Positions 24,065 to 37,494 of a stretch of 64,000 nucleotides of DNA are shown piece by piece (the stretch's first letter is position 1; every line of letters begins with the position of its first letter). This DNA is from Octopus vulgaris (lineage: Eukaryota), in NCBI GenBank assembly GCA_951406725.2, contig OX597824.1, forward strand, positions 51,522,001 to 51,586,000, in the 5' to 3' direction. Under the pieces are notes generated by a model. The model worked only from the letters and a program-made list of their open reading frames with translations. It made no database searches and was not told where the DNA came from. Both the position numbers and the translations under genes were made by a program.

Positions 24065-25163
24065 ACAGGCAATAAACACCACAGGGTGCTAAGAAAACAG
24101 ACTCCATGCCAGGGGAAGAAACTAGAAGTAGTTGATTGCTTCCACTACCTGGGTGGTCAAGTCTGTAGAGGGGGTAGATGCTCAGAGAGTGTTACCACTA
24201 GAATAAGAATAGCCTGGGCAAAGTTCAGAAAACTTCTATCCCTACTGGTGACAAAAGGCCTCTCACTCAGTGTGAAAGGTAGATTGTATGATGCATTTGT
24301 GCGAATTGCCATGCTTCATGGCAGTGAAATATGGGCTGTGACTGCTGAAGACATGCGTAGGCTCGAAAGAAATGAAGCTAGCAATATCTGCTGGATGTGT
24401 AATGTCAGTGTGCACACATGACAGAGTGTAAGCACCCTGAGAGAAATGTTAGACGTAATAAGCATTGGATGTGGCATGCAAGAGAGACATTTGCATTGGT
24501 ATGGTCATGTACTGTGGATGGATGAGGAAAGCTGTGTGAAGTGCCACTCCCAAACAGTGGAAGGAATCCGGGGTAGAGGGAGACCCAGGAAGACATGGGA
24601 TGAGGTGGTGAAGCATGACCTTCAAACGTTGGGCCTCACAGAGGCAATGACAAAAGACTGAGACCTGTGACTGAAAAGACCTGGCAAATAAAGTGAGTCC
24701 ACAGCTGTAACCTACACCAGTGTCGCATAACCAGCCCACTCAAAAGTACCTTGGATCGCAGGGCGACCTGCCATGCTTGAGGAGACCTATTGAGTCAAGT
24801 ACACCAACAGCAATATCAAAATCAAATCAAATGGAAATTGTAGTTGTGAGACCCATGCCGGTAGCACGTACAAAGCACCATCCGAACGTGGCCAATGCCA
24901 GTGCCGCTTTGACTGGCTTCCGTGCCGGTGACATATAAAAAACAACATCTGATCGTGGTTGATGCCAGCTCCTCTGGCCCCTGTGCCGGTGGCATGTAAA
25001 AAGCACCTACTACACTCTCAGTGTGGTTGGCATTAGGAAGGGCATCCAGTTGTAGAAACACTGCCAGATCAGATTGGGGCCTGGTGCAACTTCCTGGCTT
25101 CCCAGGCAAACCATACAACCTATGCCAGCATAGAAAACAGACATTAAATGATGATGATGATAA
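24065..25163 (+). mobile_element. RTE-clade LINE 3' fragment
   Basis: LEVVDCFHYLGG, RIRIAWAKF, LHWYGHV, RGRGRPRKTW motifs of the RTE ORF C-terminus; (GAT)n tail at about 25149-25163. Confidence 0.88.
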
Positions 25164-27588
25164 TGCACTCATATAGCCATTTAATTTTTGAAAAAATTCC
25201 CTTATATTTTTATGATTAAATATTATTGGGAATTGTTAAAATATTTTGTGGACTCTGGTTGAGAACCATTGATCTAGAATTAATTTTCTTCAAATGCTAA
25301 ATTGTCCCACATAGTTCATGACAATGGTTTGTGTTCTTTTTTAAAAATATTTCAGTACTAAATGTATTTACTGCTGTGTATATTAGAGTGGTATCCACAT
25401 ATCTAGGACAGTGTACCTACCACATACAAATATCACATGCACCAAAGAGCTTGTATGTCTCATAATACAAACAGTTTCCCCCTGTTAGTGGTCCACCATT
25501 GAACTGTATCATTCTTCTGTGTCTTCTATAATATTATCTGCTTCTTTACCTGGTGAACTTTTGCTGCTTTCTTACACCTGAATTGATTGAGGTAATGAAC
25601 TGGCAGTTGTTAGCCTCAGATGAAATCATAGTGTTTATCCTGACTTACTGCATCCTGTGTTCAGTTCTGCCAAGGTCAGCTTTGCTTTTCATCCTTTTGG
25701 GAATCGATGAATAAAGTACCAATTCTGGGTAGTGGACTGGCAAGATTGTTAGAATGTTGGACGAGATGCCTTGAGGTATTTATTGGAGCTCTCTGAGTCC
25801 TGGGGTAAAATTTCACTGTGGTCTATTTGGTTTGTACGTTTTACTCATTGCTTGATTCAATACCATCACCTGGCACCTTGGGTGTCTTCAATGAGGCCAA
25901 CACTGTTGCAAGCATTTGGGTCAGGTCTCTAGTTTAAGCACACTTCTCTCTTTCTTTCTCACTCACCTATTTCAAAACCCTGTAAAGGGTCATGGACACT
26001 GCCTTCCTTACGCATCATCATCATCATGCATCAGCTTTCTATGCTGGCATGAATTAGATGGCTTGACTGGAGCTGGTGAACCGCAGAACTGCACCAAGCT
26101 CTAGTCTATTTTGGCTTGGTATCTTCAGCTGGATGCCCTTCCTAACATCAGCCACTCCTCATTTTTTACAAGTCACCAGCAAAGGTGCCTTTGCTATGTC
26201 ACTGGCACAGATGTCTAAAACGTGTCACTGGCACTGGCCACAACCAGGATTTCACTTAGCTTGACAAGCAATTCTCTAGAGGTCTCAACCACTTGTCATT
26301 GCCTCGTGAGACTCAACATCTGAAGATCATTCACTAAGCAAAATAAATGAACATAATAAAATATATAAAGAAAGAGTAACTTACCTATAGTATATAACCT
26401 CCATCTCACTCTACTTTCTGAAATAAAAGAAAGGATACTATAGACAAAAGACTTCTGAAAACGTCTTAATAGATGGTGATTGATTGAATAGGTCTATTCA
26501 GTTAGGTTTGGTCTAATTGAACAGACCTATGATCAAATTTGTCTGTGTCACCACTTCTGTATCTCACTCTATTCAGATCACATACTATATGCTTTACCTA
26601 GCTACTATCCCCAAACATCATCATCATCTCTTATTATAAAAGGCAGATTTTATCTGCCTCCCTTTGTCTCTTATAGAAATCTACACTATAGGATTTCTTC
26701 AATTACAATTTACCTAGCATTTTTAAGAGTAGAATACATCGGGTTGTGCCAGGTCCAGTTTTTCAAATTTCAACCCCAATTAAGCAAAATTTCGAGAAAA
26801 CTCACATTGTGGTGTGTAAGTGAAGTGCTTTTCTTAGTGTGGGCTACAGCACACACACACACACACAAAAACGGAGCGATCTGCTTCACTCACGCTATCA
26901 CCCTAATTTCTCCTCCTTTCTCTTTGCAAGTGTGCAACGATTAAAGTGAAAGTATTTATATAAAACGGATCACTCATGCTATCACCATAATTTCTCATAC
27001 TTTCTCTTTGCTAGTGTACCTTAAACCACTACTCAAAAAAAAACACAGCAAACAGAAACAAATAAATACATAACGATTTACTCCTCACACAATTTCTTCA
27101 ATTAGAGTTTACCTATGATTTTTCAAAGTACTTCCATTCGGTCATGACATACAAAATTTCTTTCAATTTCACCCCCATTTCAGAAAAAATTTGAGAAAAC
27201 TACCATTTCACTTCAAAGCCTTTACTCTGCATATTACTCCCACTTCCTCTTTACACACATAGACACGCAAATATATAAATAAAATTGTAAGCTAACGTGT
27301 ATGTGTGTGTGTGTGTGTGCGTGTGTGTGAGAGGGTGTGTGTGCGTGTGTGACAGGGATGACAGGGATGAGCCAGTCAGACTGGTCATCCTTTTTGCTAC
27401 ACCACTGGTTTTCAGTTCATATTCATCAAATTAATATTCACAACAAGAAGGCCTATTCATTATTATACATCAGTTCCACACATTTATCCTGGTTCCATTT
27501 CGGACAACTGCACAAACATTTGCCATTTCACACATGTATGTAAACAAATTCCTTTCTTAAAAATTTCAATTCATTTTATTTTTCAATT

Positions 27589-28104
27589 CATACAAAGTTT
27601 TTTAGGACGAATATAAGATCTAAAGTATATCCAAGTAGCAGAAAGATCGCCCAAAAGTGTATATAGATATTTAAATGTATTTATATATTCAACTATACAC
27701 AGATGTATGTATAATGTGTGTGTATATATTTTCATAGAGGTAACCATTCACTCCATACAAAGTTATTTAGGATGAATATAAGATCTAAAGTATATCCAAG
27801 TAGCAGAAAGATCGCCCAAAAGTGTATATAGATATTTAAATGTATTTATATATTCATCTATACACAGATGTATGTATAATGTGTGTGTATATATTTCCAT
27901 AGACGTAACCATTCACTCCGCACAAAGTTTTTTAGGACGAAAATAAGATCTAAAGTTATCTCTAAGTAGCAGAAAGATCGCCCAAAAGTGTATATAGATA
28001 TTTAAATGTATTTATATATTCATCTATACACAGATGTATGTATAATGTGCGTGTATATATTTCCATAGAGGTAACCATTCAATCCATACAAAGTTTTTTA
28101 GGAC
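27589..28104. repeat. 165-bp tandem repeat, about 3.1 copies, inside the Helitron
   Basis: Units start at 27589, 27754, 27919 and 28085. Confidence 0.92.
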
Positions 28105-28357
28105 AAAAATCTTTATATGTAAAAGAAAGGTTGTGTGTCTGTCTACTCCGATTTAGATTCCTAACTACTCCCACATTTTGCGATGCAGTTTAACCAAAAC
28201 CGGGTATCTTATAGTCGTGATTCATATCGAGCCCTTCTGGGTATTAGCGCGCGTCTACGATGAGTCTACGATTTTACAAATAATTTACCATCATTTCTTT
28301 CCATTTTAATGCATATTTTTTAAATAAAGGGAAGTAACTCTCAAACTTCACACCAAT

Positions 28358-28850
28358 ATGCGTGCTCATATGCAACGTAATATCACATCAGCAGCATTTC
28401 CTCACACCCTCCTTGCACTTGGCGAAGGCAAAATACCAGGGGATGAAACTGGTAATATTGCCATCGATTCCATTTGTACCTTTGTTAAGACGCCTTCTGA
28501 TCTCAGAGATGCAGTGTTCCAAGATCTACAAGCTAATTATCAGAATATGGATTGGATTGGCCAAAGGGCTATTCTGGCCCCGAGGAATAAAACTGTTCAC
28601 CATATTAATGATGAAATGCTAAAACTCATTCCTGGGGAAGTCTATGTATATCAGTCTATTGATACAACTCCTGACCCAGAGGACGTCATCAACTAACCAA
28701 TAGAGGTACTCAATTCCTTTGAGCACCCCGGACTACCACCACATTTTCTCAAACTTAAAGTTGGTGCCCCTATAATGCTCATCAGATATTTGGTTCCCCC
28801 AAAATAATGCAATGGCACACGTTAGATCGTTAAGTCCTTATCTCCCACCG
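28358..28850 (+). pseudogene. Helitron RepHel PIF1-like helicase fragment
   Basis: RAILAPRNKTVHHIN, then after an in-frame stop PIEVLNS..PGLPPHFLKLKVGAPIML..CNGTRL, typical Helitron helicase motifs. Confidence 0.88.
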
Positions 28851-29409
28851 TAAACTTATATCAATATTTGCCTGAATAATCATCATAATTCAGTGCAATC
28901 ATTAACAGTACTTTCAAGCAATTCAGCCCCGAGCAACGCCGGGCAATTCTGCTAGTTGTATAGTATAGAAAGCTAACAAAATAATGTCATTAGAAGGAGG
29001 GGTAGGAAGATAAAGGAAGAGGATGAAATACTGTAACTGAATAGATTAAGGGAAGTTAAGAAGTTAAAAGCAATTAAGAACTAGACAAGCAAAGGTGAAA
29101 TGTTTCTTATAAGAAATCTCAAAAACAAAACAAAAAATGCTTAAAGAAACAATTACTTAAAGAAAATATTTTTTAAAGTGTAACAAACATTCAAGGTCCA
29201 TTTTCCAAGCTAGCATGGGTTGGATGGTTTGATAGGATCTGGTGAGCCACAAGACTGCACCAAACTCCAGAGTTAGCTCTTCCTATTGCCATCCACTTTA
29301 TAATGTGTACTGGATGCTTTTTTTTTCTGCCACTGGCACTAGTGAAGTTACCAAGTAACTTGCAAAGTGGAAAAAAAAAAAAACTGGAAAAAGGGAAAAG
29401 CTTCCACTA

Positions 29410-29790
29410 TGAGGTACAAGCATGGCTGTATGGTAAGATGCTTACTTCCCAACCACATGCTTCTGGGTTCAGTCCCATTGTGTTTCACTTTGTGCAAGTG
29501 TCTTCTACTTGTGTTGGCCAAAGCCTTGCGATTGGATTTGGTAGACAGAAACTGAAAGAAGCCCATTGCATATATATTTGTGTGTGTGTCTGTGTTTGTC
29601 CCCCAGTGCTGCTTGACAACGGGTGTTGGTGTGTTTATGGCCCTATAACTTAGCAGGTTGGTAAAAGAGACTGATAGAATAAGTACCAGGCTTAACAAAA
29701 TGTAAATACTAGGGTCAATTCATTTGACTAAAAATTCTTTGTGGTGGTGTCCCAGCATAGCCATAATCTAAAACAAGTAAAAGTTAAAAG
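29410..29790 (+). mobile_element. CORE-type SINE, family B
   Basis: catggctgtatggtaag head, ggatttggtagacagaaactgaaagaagccc body, (TG)n, tail homologous to 21245-21682. Confidence 0.8.
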
Positions 29791-32139
29791 ATACTAATTG
29801 TTGGGGTGGGTGGCAGTATTTGAGATGGGGAGGTGGCTTTATATTGTGAGGAATTTACTGACCTTTGAAGGATGAAAAGTTGACTTAGAGAGATTTCAAC
29901 TCAAACATAAAGTGCTGTAACTGGATACTACAAAGTGTTTCATTTGCCTTTCTACTAATTCCAATAACATCAAGATTCTTATATAACATTGTATCATTAA
30001 CAGACATCATCATCATCATTTAGTGTCTGTTTTTCATGCTAGCATGGGTTAGAAGGTTTGAATAGAGCTTGTAAACCAGAGAGCAGCACCAGGCTCCAGT
30101 CTGTTTTAGCTTGGTTTCTATGGTTGGATGCCCTTCCCAATGCCAATCATACCTGAGTGTACTGGGTGCATTTTACATATCACTGGCACATGTCTCACCA
30201 TCAAGATCCCACACTACCCTCTGGCTGCATTCCTTCCTCCCTAAAATGTCTGTTCACTCTAAATACCACCTACATTATGTTCATTACGCTCAGTAATTTC
30301 CAAATTTCTGCTTCTTCTTGTGGATGAAACCTTAGAGTTTGTATAAATCAAGTATACATTTCATGGTGGTGCTCCAGCATGGTCTTGGTATAATGACTGA
30401 AACCAGTAAATGAATAAGATGAATTATATACACCCATGTGTGGTCTATATTTTCCTTGAATATCCACTGCATGCAAACCTTATCTGCCAGTCAGTTACCA
30501 TACACACACTTGCATTCCTTCATTCTTTCATTCATTCATGTAGACTGAGATGCAGTAGAACTAAACGGTCGTTCCATTATTTATTATAGCAATCTCTAAT
30601 TGGATTCCCATTAATTTTGCTTTGCTATCTCTAAATTGTTATCAAAATAGCTTTATTGTGGATGTGATGCAATGATAATATTTATTTACTTTTTGTTGTT
30701 GTTAATCTTGCTCTTTAACAAGACTAGTTAATATATCTAATCATTGACTCTATTGATTACTGTTAGTTCCAGTTTTACTTACATTTATTGATTAGGCTAT
30801 GATCTCTTGGGGGCTTTAACACGCAGCTGCACATTCAAACACACACGCGCATATTTACATAACCATACAAACATATATGTACATATGCAGACAACACACA
30901 ATACACACATGCATACACATTCAGTCATTCAAACACACATGGATGCAAACAAGCATTGTACATAGGTATGTGTTTATGTAATGTATGTATGTGCATGAAC
31001 CCCCACACATTGGCTGGCTTAGTATATCACTTGATATATTGTTGGTTACATGCGCACTGATACATTTGCATTCATTTGCACACCCATACACACATACAAG
31101 CATGTGTGAACAGATCCACATATATACATGTGCAAACTCACACAATGACACACACATAATGATCACAATTGGTTCTACATCAAGTTTCAGTTGTGCTATG
31201 GATTAAGAGAGGTATACACATTCACATTTCTTTAAGCATTTTAGTCCCATGCTACCTCTTCCCAAAGCCTTCATCTACCATTCTATTGATCTCCTATCAC
31301 AAATCTCTCCAAAAAAAACCCCACAAAAACAAAAACGAGGTACTCATCAATTTTTCTGACTGCCACTGTTTGTGTATAAAACCTAATTTATATTTGATTT
31401 AACTTTACTTTATTCTGTATTAGTTGTATTATGACTCATTACTGGATTCACCAAATTTAATCTTTCATAGATTCCTCTTATTAGTCATCTATATTTTTGT
31501 AATAATTAGAAATGTTCTTTTCCTGAATCTGTCATTAGTGACAATACTATCCTGACTAATTCTGTTAGTTAATTTGTTGAATAATGTTAAAGTAAACCAA
31601 ACTAATATCAATCTTTCAGCATTTAAGCATTTATTACTGAAGGACCTGCTGCAGTTTTTCTAAGTTTTTCACTTCTTTAATTATCTCATCATTTTTGTAT
31701 TCATTTTTACTTTTATCCCTTTCCATATGAAATCTTTTGGGGAAGGAATGTCAATTGATGTTGAAATATAAATAATGGATATGATTACTGTTTACATTCA
31801 TATTACTGCTCTTTTCTTCCATCCTAACATTCAAATCCTTTTGACATCATCGCTCTCACTTCTAATCCGATCTGTGATCATGTGAGAAAATGCATATGCC
31901 CTAACTTATCAAGTCCTCTTGGCACCTACTTGTCCCCTTCACCTAGTTCTGATCTCACTGCCAACATTGTTCTGTTTCCTGCCTCCCCCCATTTCCTCTC
32001 CCTGGTCTACACATCTTAGCTCTCTAAATACTCTCCTGTGGACATGGTGTCACCTCTTGTACTGATTCCACAATGGAAAACCAGCAGCTAGCACTTTCTC
32101 TGTGTTCCGGATAAGTGAGACAATCTCTGTACTACTGGT

Positions 32140-33315
32140 ACCACAAAATGCATCGAGTACCACCCTGTAAAGGGGTTTTCAAATGAGCAGAGGGTTGTGA
32201 GGTCCCTTTATTCAACCTTTCTAGTCACAGTGCCATGAAAAAATGCATTCAGTACACTCTGTAAAGTGGTTGGTGATATAAAGGGCATCTAGCCATAGAA
32301 ACCATACAAATGACATGTGAGCATCAGTCTATAGAGATAGCAGCTCTCAATAGGAGTTTTTTTGGACAAGGACAACTTATCCAGCCCATTCCAACATGGA
32401 AAGCAGACAAAAAGCGGTGGTGATGCAAGAGAGTTAGAAGCAGGCAGTAAAGGGAGGAGGTAGAAGTAACGAGTGTGTTGGTAGTAGGAGTGTGAAAAGG
32501 TTAGATCCAGGGGAAATGAGCAAGATTCCATCAGATTTTGAAATCATGGAGGGAGGAGGAATAGTTATAGGGGAAACCTTATATTGACAGAAAACATATC
32601 AACACACACACGTCTGTCTACCAATCTATGCTACACATATCTACTTATATATACAGAAACATACATATGTACATCACATGTATACAAGTATACTTTTATG
32701 TCAAGCTAAGTAAAAGTGTGGTTCTCCTTGCATACAGGCTTGTCCCTTGCAACCCCCTCCTGCTGAGCATCCATAATCTTGAGAGCTCATAAGTGCTGTT
32801 ACTATGTGAAACACATCTGTCCCAGTGCTGTGTAAAAGCACCCATTACACTCTGTTATGTGGTTGGCAATAGGAAGGGCATCCAGCCATAGAAACCATGC
32901 CAAAATAGACAATTGAAATCTGAACAGCCCTTCAGCTGGTCATCTTCTGTTAAACTATTCAGCCCATGCCTGCAGGGAAAACAGATGTTAGATGATGGTG
33001 ATGATGATGCACACAAGTGACCAAATGGATAACATATGTAGATATAAAGAGGCATATGTATAGAAAGATGTGTATAGACTGATAAACAAGTATGTTCATA
33101 TGGATTCACTATCAGCTATGTGAGTATTTTGCCACATAAAAAGCACTCAGCCCACTCTGCAAAGTGGTTGGTGCTAGGAAGGGCATCCAGCTGTGAAAAA
33201 AAAAACCATGTCAAAAGAGACACAGAAGTATGGTATAGGCTCCTGTCTGGCCAGCTCCTGCCAAACCATCCAACCCATTCCAGCATGGAAGAAGGGCATT
33301 AAACGATGATGATAA
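32140..33315 (+). mobile_element. Cluster of three short RTE 3'-tail fragments (about 32140-32425, 32825-33010, 33130-33315)
   Basis: Each repeats aagggcatccagc..aaaccat..cccat..catgga..(GAT)n, matching the tail at 25000-25163. Confidence 0.75.
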
Positions 33316-35299
33316 AGAAAGTGAGTAGCATAATTAGCCAGTGGAGGAAGTTACAGATTTAAAATATCTTAGACTTTTAAAAATTTTCTGTTTCCAAGAA
33401 ATCCAGTAGTTTAGTTTTAAAGAAGAATTTGGGTTATTTATGGTGGTGGAAGAGTGAGGAAGGTGAATGTCATGTTTAGCCATAGGTTTATTTACATTTA
33501 TGCAATTATAAATAGCCATGATGGAAGCATTACACTACTCCATTAAATATGTCATAGCAACATAATCTTTTCAGTCTAACCTTTTAAAAAATACCCAGTT
33601 TAAAATTTCTTGAAAGAAAGCTACTAACACCGTCACTGACTTTGACCTATCTGACCTATACTGTGTGACAATTCAAACAGGTGTTTAATATAAACATTTT
33701 TTTGTGAACCCTAAAATAGCACAAAACTATTCTTGTTTACAAAGAATCTTGATTAGTCCCAAGGGGAATTTCAGCCAATACAAATTGTGACCTGAATATC
33801 ATAGATCTACTCCTCTACTTACATACCTGAGTGAACCCTAAACAATAACATACTTCCTACTATCAAACCAGAGATACTGTCCCTACCATCCTTTTCTCTC
33901 AACTCAGCCTTATAAGCATACCTACTATCCTTCTCCACCCCTACTTCCTATACAACCACTTCTCCTGTCTACTTACATCACATCTAATTCTCATTCACAT
34001 TACCTACCAAGGGAACACCTTGACAAAACTATATATGTCACCCCTGAGTAGCATGTAAACTTCTTTATCAGATATTTTCAACATCTCTGTGATTTATTAA
34101 ACCTTGAACAAATAGCCTTCCATTTCTGTCCAAAATATAAAATATCTTTACTTACTATCTTAATATCTATTCCACTTTTTAAATTATTTGTTTTATTTTT
34201 GGCTGATGCTGAAAAACCTCAAATTTTACTATTGAATAATAGCCTCCCCTTGCTTCTTTCCCTTCTCCTTTTTCACCATCCTTTTGTATTAATACTTCCA
34301 CTTTACTAATTATCACTTTCTGGTTATATCATCTGAATGTAAAGTGCATAAGAATAGACCAAATCTTGGTTTATTCTTACACAGTCACATGATTCTAATC
34401 TTTCTGTATTTTTCGTATTACAAGGTCATCTGTAGTCATATCTTCTAAACTTTGTTTCTCTTAGTTTGGTAAACCTTTTATATAATAATCTATCAACCCC
34501 TTACATCTTATTCTCTGATATTTCTTCTTTTCTATTGCTTCCACACATTTTATATTTCCAATGTTATCAGTTGCACTTTTGCCCTACCATATTGTTATTT
34601 CCTGGCTGGATTTCTTTCTCATCTGAGAAAGTGGTCTGTAGTTTGCAGTAGATTATCTTTCATGGATGTTCTGCTATGTTCTATGCCAATATTCTTCTCT
34701 TAATAGTCTGTCATCTGCAAGATTTCTGAAAATTGTATTAGTAGGCATATTAGTATTGTGAGTAGAGAAAGATCTGCAAAAAGAGAGAAAAGGTATTTTA
34801 GATAATCAAATGCAATCACAATATATAAATTATTTTGGGAAGGAATATCACTGTATAACTGAGTCATAATAGGGTACTATTTCTCCCACAAATGTTGTGG
34901 AAATCTGCTGTATATTATAGGATTTCTCAATTTCTCCAAGTATTTACTAGAATTATATGAAAGTTGGCTTTCACTAAGGTACCACTTCAGCTTTCACATT
35001 ATCTTCCATAGTAAAGACTTCCTCATTATTTTCATTGATTTTACTCTGATCTCAATAATTTATATTGGAGAAGCACATCTTTTACCAGATTTAGAATTTA
35101 CTTATTTTTAATCTTTCCTTGTCCTGGGCTTTTCTTGTTTGAGTGAAACCAATTTGACTTTTAGCCATATCCGATAAATTAGTGGACTATTAGCTGGTTC
35201 ATTTCCTTAAGTTCATGTTACAGTTTGAAAACAAGTCTGTAATTTTAATTTTCCTTCAGGATTTTTTTCCAAGCTTTTGATTGAGAAATAAAATACCAC

Positions 35300-36962
35300 A
35301 GCTATGATATTGGTTTTACTTGACTCAACAAGTTTTCTCAAGCATATCATATTGCTTGATGCATCAGGGGTATTTTTCACAGGGCCAGACATGTGTGGCT
35401 GCAATCTCACTTTAGTTGCCGGGTCTTCTCAATCACAGCATATCTCCAAAGGTCCTGGTCTCCTGTCATTGACTCTGTGAGACCCAATGTTCATAGGTCA
35501 TGCTTCACCACCTCATCCCATATCTTCCTGGGTCTACTGCTTTCACAGTTTCCTTCTACAATTAGGGAGTGGCACTTCCTCACACAGCTGTCTTCATTTC
35601 ATACTTAACACATGACCATACCAGTGCAGTTGCCTCTCTTGCACACCACATTTAATGCTTTTTATGCCCAGCTTTTCTCTCAGAGCACTTATGCTCTGTC
35701 GTGTATGCACACTGGCATTACACACCCAGCGGATCATACTAGCTTAATTTCTTTGAACATGGCCCATGTTTCACTGCCATGTGGCATGGCAGTTCACACA
35801 CATGCATCAGTCTACTTTTCACCTTGAGCGAGAGGCCCTTAGTTGCCAGCAGAGGTAGGAGCTCCCTGAACTTTGCCCAGTCGCTACACTCTCAGAGCAG
35901 TCACCCCCACTACAGACTTGGTCGCCTAGGTAGTGGAAGCTATTACCTACTTCTAGTTTCTCCCACTGGCATGTGATGGAATCTGTTTTCTTTATATCTT
36001 CAGTGTTTATTGCCCCAGTGCATCTGCCACACACAAAAACAATTTTCCCGGTTAACCTTCATTTGATGTTGCTGCACCTTCTATGTGTCCATAGCTTACA
36101 CCAGGTACATCGTATGGAGTTTCTACCTGAAGGGGATTGTGATTTGACAGCCTTCCTACTTACTAGACCTTGCTTCCACTTGCTAAACTTTGTCTCCAGT
36201 TCTGGTAGTGACTCGGCGATTAGAGCAAGGTCATCAGCACAGAGGAGCTCTCAGGAGCAGCCTGTCTTGAATTCCTCTGTTATTGCCTGGAGGACTATAA
36301 TGAATAAGAGGGGGCTGAGGACTGATCCTTGGTGAACCCCTACTTCTACTCAGAATTCTTCACTATACTCGTTGCCAACCCTCACCTTACTAACAGCATC
36401 CTTGTACAGGGCTTGTACAGCTCTTACTAGCCACTCGTCTATCCCCAGTTTCCACATTGACCACCAGATAAGGAATCGGGGGACCCTGTCAGAGGCTTTC
36501 TCCAAGTCAACAAAAGCCAGGTACAGGGGTTTATCTTTGGCTAGGTATTTCTCCTGCAGTTGCCTTACCAGAAATATAGCATCAGTGGTTCTTCTACCTG
36601 GCACAAAACTAAACTGCATCTCATCTAGGCTAATGCTGTCCCTAATTAGTTGCGCTATGACCCTATCTAACTTTCGTCACCTCATCCAGTAATTTGATAC
36701 CCCTGTAGTTATTTCTATCTAAAGCATCACCTTTCCCCTTGTAGCAGTTGGCTATGGTGCTGCTACACCAGTCATTGGGTATGACTCCTTCATGAACTAT
36801 CTGATTTACAAGGCAGGTGACCAGACCATAACCCACACCGCCTGATATTTTAAGCATCCCAGTGGTGATTCCTGATGGGCCAGGTGCTTTCCCCATCTTC
36901 ATATCCTTAATTGCTTTATCTACCTGGGTACTGTCAATTCGGATAGCTGGTCCCTCATTTGG
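35300..36962 (-). mobile_element. RTE-clade LINE fragment with degraded reverse transcriptase
   Basis: GKAPGPSGI, NYRGIKLL, FVDLEKASDRVP, degenerate ADD motif near 36231-36241, LEVGNSFHYLGD; same family as 24065-25163. Confidence 0.88.
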
Positions 36963-36967
36963 GTCAT

Positions 36968-37494
36968 GATTTCATGTGGGACCCACTTATCCAACTTTTT
37001 CCCTTTACCAATTGGAACTAGGTGAGTGAATATTGTTTGCCTGCTAGCACCAAACAGCAACAATAATTCTGACTCGACAGTGGCATTCAATTCTTCATTA
37101 TCCACCTTTGTTTCTGGTTGACTGCGTTGCTCATTTGTGAGGTCAAAGTTACCAGAACGAAATTTTGCAAACCAATTTGATACTGTCTGCTGTGTAATAA
37201 CATTAGAATGAATTACTCCATTAATATTCTCAGCTGTCTGTGATGCTATAATTCCAAGAGAGAACTTATATTTCAAAACTGTACGAATTTCCGACTTATC
37301 CATCTCTAAATGAAAATAGCAAAACACGATTTATAAATACTTTATAAAGCGCAAAATGAGTTAGAATAAAGAAATAGATTTATCAGTTTTCTAACAAGAA
37401 ATAAATATTGTCAAAATATAATAACGGCGCAAAATGAGCAATGTCAAAGTTTACCATATACCTTATTACAAATTTCATACTTGACAATCTAATA
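36968..37494 (-). mobile_element. mariner transposon 5' half (TIR plus HTH region), truncated
   Basis: MDKSEIRTVLKY..TVSNWFAKFRSGNFDL..LDKWVPHE (mariner WVPHEL motif); TIR-like tattagattgtcaagtatgaaat on the minus strand ending at 37494. Confidence 0.85.

Larger units (their letters stand above)
26627..28955 (+). mobile_element. Non-autonomous compound Helitron
   Basis: A|TC start at 26627; 3' hairpin cccgagcaacgccggg followed by CTAG|T ending at 28955; second internal A|TC 5' end at 28110; carries a helicase fragment. Confidence 0.85.

Noticed and set aside
27589-28104. 165-bp repeat as centromeric satellite or repeat-spacer array
   Set aside because: Only about three contiguous copies, internal to a Helitron
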